Positions 1 to 12,343 of a DNA stretch of 64,000 bases are shown piece by piece. Both the position numbers and the translations under genes were made by a program. Source of the DNA: Anolis carolinensis (Eukaryota). The notes below the pieces were generated by a model. The model did not search any database. It was not told the DNA's origin and saw only the letters and a list, made by a program, of their open reading frames with translations. How positions within the stretch are numbered: position 1 is the first letter of the stretch; the number at the start of each line of letters is the position of its first letter. The stretch lies in NCBI RefSeq assembly GCF_035594765.1, contig NC_085845.1, positions 179,382,897-179,446,896 on the forward strand, in the 5' to 3' direction.

Positions 1-600
1 TACATAAACCAACTTATTAGACTGACAATATTACCAGACAAAACTTTCACTTCATGGAACGTTATGAGGAACTGAGGCTGATGTTGTTCTCTGCTTATAA
101 CGTTACCACTACCTTTCTTCTTTTCATTTTTTAACTGTCAGGGAAGAAATACCAAAAAAGTGGTACAATTCATTTTGACAGTGCAAGAAGCCATCCATCT
201 GGAAGCACCCTAGGCAGCACCTCAGATGCAAAGATGCACTTGCGGAGGAGGGTTGGCAAAATGATGTAAGGATCTCATTTATTTTATTTGCAGTAAAATC
301 ATAACAGCAGCCAGTTTGGCAATGGCTACAGTCATTACACATGAAGTTACATATAAGTCTTGTGCTATGAGCACATGTTTCTGGGAAGACTGGTTAGTGT
401 ACATCTAGTTCAAGATTTTTTCTTAAAAGATATGCATCTAGTTTTTCAACAGGTAAAATTCTACCACAGTTCACATTTTACAAATTTTATAACTAAATAT
501 ATTCACAATCATCCTTTTCAAGAGATCTAGGGATTCTCAGTCAACCAGTATGTAACACTGTAATTTTTAAGGAGAGATAAATAATTATAAGTATCACTCA

Positions 601-1223
<623 letters not shown>

Positions 1224-1230
<7 letters not shown>

Positions 1231-1320
1231 CTTAGAACGCCGCTCCCACAATGCACCGCGGTGGCGGCGTCGCTGATCAAAAAGGAACCCTGCCGAAGGA
1301 ATGCCATTTGGCAAAGGCTT
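1224..1320 (-). promoter_or_regulatory. HCFC2 CpG-island 5' region with a YY1-type motif overlapping the start codon
   Basis: CCGCCATCTT at 1224-1233 (AAGATGGCGG on the gene strand); CpG-rich from about 1050 to 1300. Confidence 0.55.
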
Positions 1321-1396
1321 CGTTCATACTATGGAGCAGGCCTGGGCAAGCCTCGGGCCTCCAGGTGTTTTGGACTTCAACTCCCACAATTCCTAA

Positions 1397-2445
1397 CATG
1401 GCCATATTCCAGAAGAATTCTCTCCTGACGTTTCGCCCTCATCTACGGCAGGCGTCCTCAGAGGTTGTGAGGTCTGTTGGAAACTAGGCAAGGGAGGTTT
1501 ATATATCTGTGGAATAATGTCCAAGGTGGGAGAAATAACTCTTTTTCTGTTGGATGCAAGTGTGAATGTTGCAGTTGGTCACCTTGATTAGCATTGAATA
1601 GCCTTCCTGCTTGGGGCATCCTTTGTTGGGGGGTGATGATTAGTTGTCTCTGAGACAAGAGACAAGAAACAGTCAGGGCCAGCTAATCACCTCCCCAATA
1701 AAGGATTCCCCCAGGCAGGAAGCAGCCAAGCATTGCAGCTGCAAGACTATTCAATGCCTAATCAAGGTGGCCAATTTCAGCATTCACACCTGCTTCCAAC
1801 AGACAGGTGATTAGTTGTCCCTGGTTGTTTCTTGTCTCATGTCTCAGGGCCAGCTAATCACCCCCTAACAAAGGATTCCCCCAGGCAGGAAGCAGCCAAG
1901 CATTGCAGGTGCAAAGCTATTCAATGCTAATCAACTTGCCTCCAACAGACAAGAATTCTTTCTTTGTTTCTTGTCTCTTGTTTCAGGGCCAGCCAATCAC
2001 CTCCCAACAAAGGATTCCCCCAGGCAGGAAGCAGCCAAGCATTGCAGCTGCAAGGCTATTCAATGCTAATCAAGGTGGCCAATTGCAGCATTCACACCTG
2101 CTTCCAACAGACAGGTGATTAGTTGGCCCTGGTTGTTTCTTGTCTCTTGTTGCAGGGCCAGTTAATCACCTCCCAACAAAGGATTCCCCAAGGCAGGAAG
2201 CAGCCAGGCTTCGCAGTTGCAAGGCTTTTCAATGCTAATCTAGGTGGCCAATTGCAGCATTCACACTTGCCTCCAACAGACAAGAATTCTTTCTCCCACC
2301 CTGAACCTTCCACAGATATATAAACCCAACTTTCCTATATACCTCACAACCTCTGAGGATGCCTGCCATAGATGCAGGTGAAATGTCAGGAAATAATGCT
2401 TCTGGGACATGGCCACACAGCCCAGAAAAATCACAGCAACCCAGT
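1397..2445. mobile_element. Penelope-like element pseudo-LTR fragments: an inverted pair plus internal tandem copies
   Basis: Recurrent ggattcccccaggcaggaagcagcc / gcattcacacttgcctccaacagac / ctgaggatgcctgccatagatg motifs. The same family carries GIY-YIG-like coding sequence at 34195-34500. Confidence 0.8.
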
Positions 2446-2449
2446 TCTG

Positions 2450-3649
2450 GAAGAGTTATCTGAACCAAATTCTTGTTGAAACCATTGCATTCTGACTTTT
2501 CTTAAACCTTTTATGCAGTGAGGACTTTCCCAGTGCCTGATGTTGAGTTTCTGCCGTGCAAGAATTTCTTGTACAGGTAGATGTCCTTTTTGTAGATATT
2601 TTACATTAGATGTTGCCCCCTCCTCTGTTTTTTTTTTCTCCCCAGACTATCATTCCACTGCTGCCATTTGTGGAAAATCCAGTTGTGATTGTGGGGCAAG
2701 GCATCTGGGGCAAGGCATTCAAGTTTGTTATAATTATGAAAGGAAAGTGCCCTTGGGATCATGTTGCAAACAGACGTTGGATGATGGAATGCACTAAAAA
2801 AAATTAAGAAAGAAACCAATCTGTGCTTTACAAATGATAGTGAAGCCTCTAATTGCAACTAATTCATAGCTAAAAATAACCTCTGGCCACATCTTTCTTT
2901 CACAAACCAATGCAAACAGTTCCCAAGTTATGAACAAGATAGGTTCTGTGGGTTTGTTTTTAAGTTGAATTTGTATGTAAGTCGGAAAAATGGCATCTGG
3001 CAGGCTGATGGCATCTGGCAGGCTCTGTACTTTCAGAGTCCTGCAAGTATCCCAGGATACTAAAAATAATGAATGCAATGAGGTTCTAAGGCAGTATCTA
3101 GATTCTTTGCAGGTCCATAGTTCCAGAAAAAACCAGTTTCAAATAAAGCACAAAACAATTTTAAAAGATAATTATTCGCATTAGCATTTCTTCGAGGAAC
3201 TACAAGATACACATAACAACAAGCCTTTAGGTCTCGTGCCTTGAGGGAAGATTTCAAGAGTGAGGCAGTTCTGGCATGAGTCTTTAAAACATTAGACCAT
3301 CCAGATAGCAAAGCAGTATTTTTTCCAGACACAGAATTCTAATTTGCTCCGCTGCCCTTGAAAGGTAAAATATTTAATTCTGCAGAAATTATTGCCTTCA
3401 CCATTTACTTTTCTTACTTCCCTTGCTGTACCTTCTCCTGTTTTCATATGTTGTTGCAATTGTCAGTAGATTATCAATATTCATTAACAAATCTCCAAAT
3501 GCATCAGTAAATAACTGCATAGGAGGAAGTATAGGATTAAAATCTGGGCTGTTTTTTTTCCACATATTAAAGAAATTGTGCATTTTTCTCAAAAATGTAT
3601 ATTCAAGTTTTGAAAATGGCATGCAAGTTACTGAAATAATAATATTTAC
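2450..3649 (-). pseudogene. Decayed NLR-family (NLRX1/NLRC3-like) HD2-LRR coding region, copy 1
   Basis: Polypyrimidine tract plus AG acceptor ending at 3650. Frameshifted peptides GWSNVLKTHARTASLLKSSLKARDL, NNYLLKLFCALFETGFFWNYGPAKNLDTALE and LVCERKMWPEVIFS are homologous to 8860-10539. The NLR call is an eye alignment. Confidence 0.55.
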
Positions 3650-3714
3650 CTGGAAAGCACAATGAAAGAGTGTAAAGAAAGAGTAAGGGAGGGAAAGGAA
3701 ATATAGTATCATCT

Positions 3715-3872
3715 TTAATGGCGCTCCATGCAGTCATGCCGGCCACATGACGTTGGAAGTGTCTACGAACAACGCCGGCTCTTCGGCTTAGAAATTGAGA
3801 TGAGCACCAACCCCCAGAGTCAGACATGACTGGACTTAACGTCAGGGGAAACCTTTACCTTTACTTTACCTT
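3715..3872 (+). mobile_element. Sauria SINE 3' fragment
   Basis: gtgtctacgaacaacgccggctcttcggcttagaa...ggacttaacgtcaggggaaacctttacctttac tail. Confidence 0.85.
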
Positions 3873-4029
3873 TAAGACAATTTTGTTTGGTTTGTTTTTG
3901 TATGAGCTTTCAAGTTGCTCCTGGCATGAAAAATAAACTATTATCCACAGTTTTCCATTTGCATAGAAAGTCCAGGAATGTATCCCTTGTAGATATTGGG
4001 GTCATACTGCATTGCATATCCTACCATCT

Positions 4030-4483
4030 CTGCCCATTGGACTGGCCACGTTGTCCGAATGCCCGATCACCGTCTCCCAAAGCAGCTACTCTACTCCGAA
4101 CTCAAGAACGGGAAACAGAATGTTAGTGGGCAAGAAAAGAGATTTAAAGATGGGCTTAAAGCCGACCTTAAAAACTGTGGCATAGACACTGACAACTGGG
4201 AAGCCCTGGCCAGGAGGTCAGCTGTGACCAGCTGTGACCAGCAGTGCTGCAGAGTTCGAAGAGGCACAAATAGAGGGCTTAATGGAGAAACGTGCCAAGA
4301 GGAAGGCCCGTCAAGCCAACCCTGACCGGGACCGCTTTCCACCTGGAAACCGATGTCCTCACTGTGGTAGAACATGCAGATCAAGAATAGGTCTCTTCAG
4401 CCACCTAAGAACCCATCCTCAAGACAACAGGAACAGAGGACAATCATCCTCAAACTACGAGGGATCGCCTAAGTAAGTAAGTA
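4030..4483 (+). mobile_element. RTE-clade LINE 3' end
   Basis: HWTGHVVRMPDHRLPKQLLYSEL, C-terminal CPHCGRTCRSRIGLFSHLRTH zinc finger and (TAAG)n tail. Confidence 0.85.
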
Positions 4484-5130
4484 GTCCAAATGGGATTTTA
4501 ATCAACGCATGTGTCACTGTAGCCAAACCTGACATATTAAGAAATGGGTGGAACTCATGACTATTTTTAGTTATGCAAATGCATTCCTGATCACTCAAAA
4601 TCTGAGCATCCAGATTCAGCTATAACTCCAAAAACCACCCAAGCTGTGATTCTGTAATTTCAAGGGAAACATAACCACATCCAACACTGGTAGAGTACCT
4701 ATTCTCTGATTTGCCCTTCTGCATATGAGGAGCACTTGTCTGGATCAAGATTCAGTTTGGTAGCACTATTTCAGTCCATTACTTACAACATACTTTGTTT
4801 CAGTACTATCACAACTTCCTTGTAACCAGATGGAAAGAAGAGGGAGAATTGGGTGCCATCACTAAAACTCTAGATGCCCACTTCTGGTGGTTTCATCTCT
4901 AGATGTTAAACAGCAAGGGGCATTATACAAACCAGTGATTAGGATGTTGAACAGGAGTCCACCAGCACCATGATCTCTGGGCCCTTCTATACTGCCATAT
5001 AATCCAGATTATCAAAACAGATAATCCATATTATCTGCTTTGAACTGGAATATCTGTGTCTATACCACCATATAATCCAGTTCAAAGCAGCAGATAACCT
5101 GGATTTTATACAGCTGCGTAGAAGGGGCTT

Positions 5131-5830
5131 CTGTTTGTTCCTCCAATAAGGACCCCAACCATTGCAGGACTGTGTCCTCGGGTCCCATCCCAGAGAGGCA
5201 GCCCAGAGGGTATCATAGTTTATGGGATTGAAAGCTAATTAGAACTCTAGCTGAATCAATAAGAACATAATTATCCTGTCCAGTTCCCTGTGCAATTCAT
5301 CCACCAAGACAACTAATGCTGACTCCCTCTCGTGGCCAGGTCTGAACCCTGATTGAAGTATGTCTAGATTATCTATTTCATTAAGAAAGCCCTCGAGATA
5401 GAAGGCTGCCACACACTCCAAAACCATGCCCAAAAATGATATGGTGGACACTGGCCAATAATTATCTATTATAGAGGGATTCAGGATGACCTTTTCAACA
5501 AAGGCCTAACAACAGCCTCATTTAGGCGGATTCAACACTGACCTTGTAATTCAGTTTAAACTGCATTATATGGTCAGTGTAGAACCAGCCTAAGGCAAGT
5601 TGGAACTCTATCTTTTAAAGAGGCATTGATTGACACTTCACCAACTCTGCCATTCTTCCTCTGGCTGGTTTTGTAAGCTGGGGAGGGCAAGGAACTAGCT
5701 CACATGTGGTTGCAGTCATCTCTCTGAGGATCCTGCCCATATCCTCGGGCTGCACAAACTGAAACTTATCCAAGAATACAGGAGAAACAGGTTCCAAAAT
5801 CATGCCATTATGTAACTGGAGAGGAAACAA
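5131..5830 (-). mobile_element. L2-type LINE reverse-transcriptase fragments, flanked by small palindromic MITEs (about 4978-5130 and 5847-5992)
   Basis: LDILQSGFRPGHERESALV and TTCELVPCP motifs typical of L2/CR1-group ORF2. Confidence 0.7.
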
Positions 5831-6090
5831 GGATAAAGACTTTTATGGCCCATTCTACACTGACACATAATCCAGATTATCAAAGCAGATAATATATATT
5901 ATCTGCTTTGAACTGGATTATCTGAGTCTACACCGCCATATAATCCAGTTCAAAGCAGATAATTTGGATTTTATACAGCTGTGTAAAAGGAGTCTCTGTC
6001 TGCCCTGTATCTTCTCAGTACCTTTCCACACTGCTCCTATATCCCAGGATCTGATCCCAGATTATCTGGCAGATTATCCTCCCTCCCCAG

Positions 6091-7123
6091 AGAAAACCTA
6101 TACAGCAGCACCATTGCAGGAAGTGTGGCAACTTCACCAATGCTCATTGTATTCCATGGGAAATATTCGCCAATTAATCCCTTATGGCACATTTGGAATC
6201 TAGGTACATTTTTGATTCTTCATCGAAATACATTAATTGAGAATGGACAATTTTCAAGTAATTACTTAGAAGGATGCTTTTGTTATTGTACCCTGTAATT
6301 TGTAGGCAACAGCATATCATTCTCATTCTTCAGACAAGATGCAAATTAATTGTATTTTTATTAATGTATATGTAAATTAGAAAACTAAACAAGTATTCTT
6401 CCTGGCAACTAGTCATCTTATGGTGAGACAAAGCATATTGCAAAATTCTTATTTGAGTCATCAACTGGATCTCCCTTTAAGAGCAGGAAGGAAGGCAGGT
6501 TTGCATCTTGCTTTGGTGTTGAGTTGTGATTGCAAACAGTCGAACCACTTGGAGTATGGTTCAATCATTTACAATCACAACTCAACACCAAAGCAAGATG
6601 CAAACTTGCCTTCCTCCCTGGTCTTAAAGGGTGATCCAGTTGATGACTCAAGAATTTTGCAGTATGCTTTGTCTCAGCATAAGGTTAATTTGGTTTATAT
6701 ATCAATGGGACAAGATCATTGAAATTTATCCCCCCTGCTTAATTGTTTGGGTTTTAACTAAATTGGATTTGCTCTGAATTGTGGATTTGATCTCAAATCT
6801 ATTTATAAAAATAGCATCTTTCTTCTAAACCAACATGCTGACACAGAGACAAGCAAGTACTTAAACTGGAGGATATCTGTGTCTTTTTATTTTATCTGTC
6901 AAGAAGAATCAGTTTTCCAATAAGCAGCTTTTCTTTATTAACTGACCTAGGTTGGATTCCTGATGCCAGGTACTTAGAGCATGTTCTTCATGATGCCAAG
7001 TTACTGCACTGGAATGGAAGATACAAGCCATGGGATTACCCTAGTGTTCACACTGACCTATGGAAAAAGTGGTTTGTTCCTGATCCTTCAGGAACTTTTA
7101 AATTGATTCGTCCCAACAGCTGA
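6091..7123 (+). pseudogene. Partial duplicate of GLT8D2 (last two coding exons plus intron; flanking homology continues to about 7320)
   Basis: 6091-6203 (113 nt) and 6951-7123 (173 nt) match 21197-21309 and 21974-22146 with no indels or stops and with AG/GT sites retained. The intron and 3' flank are also homologous. Confidence 0.9.
6417..6683. repeat. Long inverted repeat (arms about 130 nt, 9-nt loop)
   Basis: 6417-6547 is the near-perfect reverse complement of 6557-6683. Confidence 0.95.
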
Positions 7124-7334
7124 TGGCATGAAGATTAGTCCTAAGTACATAACAATGTTCATAATATTTTGTTGTACCACTTTTGTCGTACATAATGACT
7201 GCTGTATGAGACCACCATATCTTTGCAAAAACTAACAGTTTCTGTGTTGTCTCTTTGCCTCTTTCATACCAAAATGTTCTCTTTTTATATTTACAATAAT
7301 TATTGCTGAGCTATCTATCTGTCAGTGGAAAAAG

Positions 7335-8855
7335 GAAGAAAAAGGAAACAGTAGAGTCTCTGCATGGAGAACGTGGTGAAATGCTAACAAGGGACAGGGA
7401 AAAAGCAGAGCTGCTCAACACCTTCTTTGCCTCAATCTTCTCCCAAAAAGAGATTGGCGTATAAGAGGTAATAGGGGAAATGCAACTCAAAATACGTAAA
7501 GAAGTAGTCTAGGAATACCTGGCTACTTTAAATGAATTCAAGTCACCAGGGCCAGATGAACTACATGCAAGAGTATTGGAAGAACTAGCAGAAGTCATTT
7601 CACAACCACTGGCAATAATCTTTGAGAATTCTTGGAGAACAGGAGAAGTCCCATCAGACTGGAGGAGGGCAAATGTTGCCCCTATCTTCAAGAAGGGAAA
7701 AAAGAGGACCTAAACAATTACTGTCCAGTCAGCCTGACATCAATACCAGGAAAGATCTTGGAGCAGATCATTAAGAAGGCAGCCTGCAATCACTTAGAAA
7801 GGAACGCTGTGATTACAAAAAGTCAACATGGATTTCTCAAAAACAAGTTATGCCAGACTAATCTTATCTCTTTTTTTCAATAGAGTTACAAGCTTGGTAG
7901 ATGCAGGGGATGCTGTGGATGTAGCATATCTTGATTTCAGTAAGGCCATCAACAAGGTCCCCCATGTTCTTTTTGCAAACAAACTAGTCAAATGTGGGCA
8001 AGGCATTGCTACTATTAAGTGGATCTGTAATTAAGTGACTGAATTCCAAAGGTGCTCATCAATGGTTCCTCTTCATCCTGAAAGAAGTGACTGGTGGAGT
8101 GCCGCAGGGTTCGATCCTGGGTCCAGTACTGTTCAATATCTTTATTAAGGACTTGGATAAAGGTTTAGAGGGCATGCTTATCAAGTCTGCAGATGGCACC
8201 AAATTAAGAGGGATAGCTAATACTCCAGAGTATTTAGAATTCCAAATGACCTTAACAGATTAGAGAGCTGGGCCAAAACTAACAAAATTAATTTCAACAA
8301 GGGAAAAGGCAAGATACTCCACTTAGGCAGAAAAAATTAAATGCACAGATTATAGGATGGGTGACGCCTGGCTCAACAACAGTCCATGTGAAAAAGATTT
8401 TGGAGTCTTTGTGGAAAACAAGTTGAACATGAGCCAACAGTGTGATGCAACAGCTAAAAAAGCCAATGGGATTTTGAGCTGCACCAAAAGGAGTATAGTG
8501 TCTAGTTCAAGGGAGGTCATGCTACCCCTCTATTCTGCCTTAGACCACACCTGGAATTGCACTGTGTCCAATTCTGGGCACCACAATTTAAAGGAGATGT
8601 TGACAAACTAGAAAGTGTCAAGAGGAGGGCGACGGTGTCCAATTCTGGTTACCAGAGTTCAAAAGAGATATTGACAAGCTGAAAGGTGTCCAGAGGAGGG
8701 CGTCTAAAACTATGGAGACCATGCCCTATGAGGAGCGTCTTAAAGAACTGGGTATGTTTACCCTGCAAAAGAGAAGGTTGAGAGGAGACATGACAGCCAT
8801 GCATAAATAAGTGAAAAGCTGTCATAAAGAAGCGAGAGTAGGCTTGTTTTCTGCT
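7335..8855 (+). mobile_element. CR1 LINE ORF2 fragment, degraded
   Basis: [52 protein letters not shown] and MSQQCD motifs with frameshifts. Confidence 0.92.
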
Positions 8856-8859
8856 GTGT

Positions 8860-10539
8860 AAAAAATAATTTCTGGCCACATCTCTTTTTCAGAAACCAAC
8901 ACATCCTTTGGGAGAGAGCTTTTATTGCAGAAACAGCTGTCTGTTCACTTTTAGGATAGTGGACCGAAAGAGTTCTTTGTTAAGGCAGATGTTCCTAAAG
9001 CATACTGATCCAACACTGTTAATGCCAAACAGCAAGAATGGATCATGTGAGTCAGAGGAAGAGTAACCCAAGTTAAGAGAGGAGCAACATTGGTGAATGC
9101 TACTTGGTTCTGTCTATTTCCAAGTAGCATCTATCATACAGTTATTAAATATATACAGTAGAGTCTCACTTATCCAACACTCACCTATCCAAAGCTCTGG
9201 ATTATCCAACGCATTTTTGTAGTCAAGGTTTTCAATACATCGTGATATTTCGGTGCTAAATTCGTAAATACAGTAATTACTACATAGCATTACTGTGTAT
9301 TGAACTACTTTTTCTCTCAAATTTGTTGTATAACATGTTTGGTTCTTAATTTGTAAAATCATAACCTAATTTGATGTTTAATAGGCTTTTCCTTAATCTC
9401 TCCTTATTATCCAACATATTCGCTTATCCAACATTCTGCTGGCCCGTTTACGTTGGATAAGCGAGACTCTACTGTATCTTAATATCTGAAATTTTTTGCA
9501 GCTATTTATGAGCTTACATATTCCTTCCAAAAAGGCATCACCAGCATCTCTTACACACCCCCACCCCCTCCACAGAGGCACTATGTACTCATTATTCTTA
9601 AACAATCTCAATTCTCCAGTAATTGTTCTTTATTCCTACTTGCAGATTTATAGACGTTCCCAAATTTGAGGCAATCGGAAATAATTCTTGAGTACAAATG
9701 TAACCTGAGTTCAGAAATGTTGCTAGGGTTAATTTTCCTCCATCCCTCCCCTTTTCTTTCTCTCTCTCTTTCACTGGAATTTTCTTTCTGAAGGGGATCA
9801 ACCATGGTGGGAGGAGGGAAGCTAGCCACTTTTGGAACTGCATCATTCGGCACATCTGGAAGCAGTTTATATGACTCTCTCCCTCCGTAAGGGCAGCATC
9901 TAGATTCTGTGCAGCTCCATAGCTGCAGAGAAATCTAGCTCCAAGTAAACCACAAAAGAATTTTAAAAGGTATTTATTCAGCTGAGCATTTATCAAGGAA
10001 CTAAAAAAAACCCAACAACCATTTAGCTCTCTTGCCTTTAGTGAGGATCTCAAGAGAGAGGCAGATCTGGCATGAATGTTTACAACATTAAACCATCCAG
10101 TTACCAAAAGCAGCTGCTTCGCAGTCATTTTTCTGGAGAGAGAGCTCTCAGTTGCTCCACTGCCCTTGAAAGGTAAAAAAAAATATTTTCATAGAAAATA
10201 TTGCCTTCGCTATTTCCTTTTCTCGTTTCCCTTGCTGTACCTTCTCGTTTTGTTACATGTTCTTGTGATTGTCAGTATATTCGGTAACAAATCTCCAAAT
10301 GCTTGAGTAAATATCTGCATAATAAGAAGTGTCGAATGTAACCTCTTCTCCCGAATATCAAAACTTGGACTTTTGCTTATATATTATTTCCACATCAAGT
10401 CAAATCTTTATTTATGGTCAGCGACCATATTTTTTCCACATGTTAAAAAAAATCCCAGTGTTGTTTTAATGCATTTTTCTCAAAAGTTATATCTGAGTCT
10501 TAAAATTGGATGCCAGTTGATGAAAATATTAATGTTTAC
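8860..10539 (-). pseudogene. Decayed NLR-family (NLRX1/NLRC3-like) HD2-LRR coding region, copy 2, interrupted by a MITE
   Basis: Acceptor cctttctag ending at 10540. ORF 9598-10128 contains YLLKFFCGLLGARFLCSYGAAQNLDAAL, MMQFQKWLASLL and IPVK..TLATFLNSGYICTQEL; downstream frames give CVRDAGDAFLEGICKLINSCKKFQIL and LVSEKEMWPEIIF. Confidence 0.6.
9156..9474. mobile_element. Tc1/mariner-type MITE
   Basis: TIRs cagtagagtctcacttatccaac / gttggataagcgagactctactg with TA target-site duplication. Confidence 0.88.
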
Positions 10540-12343
10540 CTAGAAAGGAGGAAGGAAGGAGTAGGGGAAAAATCATAGTAGCATCTTTAAGACAAAATGC
10601 TTTTTAAAGTTTTGCATGGCCTTTCATGGATTTAAACACACTTCTTTCAATGGAATGCAGAGGGATTCCCAAAAAGTGTAAAAATAAAAAACAGCCTTAA
10701 AAGTGCTACCATGTTCCTTTGCCTGCAATCTTCCGTCTTGTTATACTGCAAGAGACGTAACACAGTCAGCTACCCTTTTGAAAGCTACCAGAAAGAACAA
10801 ATTACTTATAGGGTATTACAAATGGCAAATATTAGCACCAAAAATAATTGGGGCTCCAGAAAAGAAGCCTAAATTATATGAAATAGGAATATGGTGAAGT
10901 TGGGTTCTGCATGCTATTTTGAGAAAAATGTAAGTAAAGATAAGATTTCTGTCTTTTTAATATTGGTGTTTCGGTATGTCGAGATACAGAATTTCATTAT
11001 GTTATGTATGAAACACATACAAACAAAATCAAATGTAGGATATAAATATTAAAATGAGAATTATGAAACACCACTGTGCCCGCAAGCTGTTCTTCCCTTT
11101 TCATAACACTGGTATATTCTGAACCGAGCAACGTTTCTTTCTTTTTATGGTCTCATCCATTTAATGATGGATGTGTATTAAGCTAGATAGAACACCTGAA
11201 ATTGTTGAAAATAAACTTAAAAGCTGTTTTTTCCCCTAGCACAAGTGAGGAGAAGGGCGAGGGGGGAGGAGATAATTCACCAGTCACTCTACTATGCAAC
11301 GTAAATAGTAAAAAAGTTTAAAACTTGTGTTTTATGTCTTTTTTGTCTTGTAGCAATATATTCACAAGGCATGAACAGTATAGTATTGTGCTTTTGAATG
11401 TCATATGCAAACATGACTGGCATGAGCCTTCTTAAAAGCATTTCCTTGCAGGAAATACATGCATGCATGCATACATACATCCTCTTTCAGGAATGCTCAT
11501 CTATTTCCACTCAAGTTCTTGGGTTGTATTAGGATCTGTTTAGAGATTTGGGATATCCTTATCAGTGATTTATGTATCCTGCTCAAAGGAAAGGCAATTT
11601 GATGTGTTGTCGAATGCTTTCATGGCTGGGATCACAGGTTTGTTGTATGTTTTCTGGGCTGAATTGCCATGTTCCAGAAGTATTCTTTCCTAACATTTCA
11701 CCCACATCTATGGCAAGCATTATCAGAGGTTGAGGCAATTTGATGTGCTGGTTTCCAAACACGCATACAAGGTTGCTTATTATTTTTGTTCTTTTATTTG
11801 GCTACATATGTGTTTGTTATCTTTCCGTTTTCATCTGTGAGAACAAGATGATATACGTGCTTCTTCCTTCTTTTAACCTCAAAGTTAGATAACATTACAC
11901 ATTTGTGAGGTCGGTCAGGTTGAAAATGAATGACTTGGCCCAAAGTTGTCCAGTGAATTACATGGCCCAGTGAGGACTAAAGCCTGTGCTGCACTGGCTC
12001 AGTGAGTGCCTAGGTTACTACTTTTAGTTGAAGATTAAGTTCTAATATATATACGAATTCAAGACCGAATCTGTTTCAAACATAGAAGTAACAGCACGAA
12101 ACAAACATGGACATCACTCTGATTCCAAGAACCTGTTGTCCTCCAGAAGCCACATAATACAACTCCCCATATGTATAGGACCAATATCCATGTTTTAATT
12201 TATCCTCATTTGACAAAATATGCTCCCTTTAGGCATTTTTAGACTCTGTGGTTTTTTGGGGGCTTTGTTTTAATAGGGTTTACTATTATTCCCAATTTCG
12301 CATATGTGTGAAAATTTATCCCTTGTGGGATACTGGAATCGTA

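Noticed and set aside
3181-3420. Plus-strand reading of the duplicated 3 kb / 10 kb segment
   Set aside because: Both copies share an in-frame TGA on the plus strand, while the acceptor and synonymous pattern favour the minus strand.
8860-10539. Endogenous viral element (for example borna- or rhabdovirus L/N) as the source of the decayed ORF
   Set aside because: No viral polymerase or nucleoprotein motifs recognised, and collinear NLR-like motifs fit better. Not excluded without a search.
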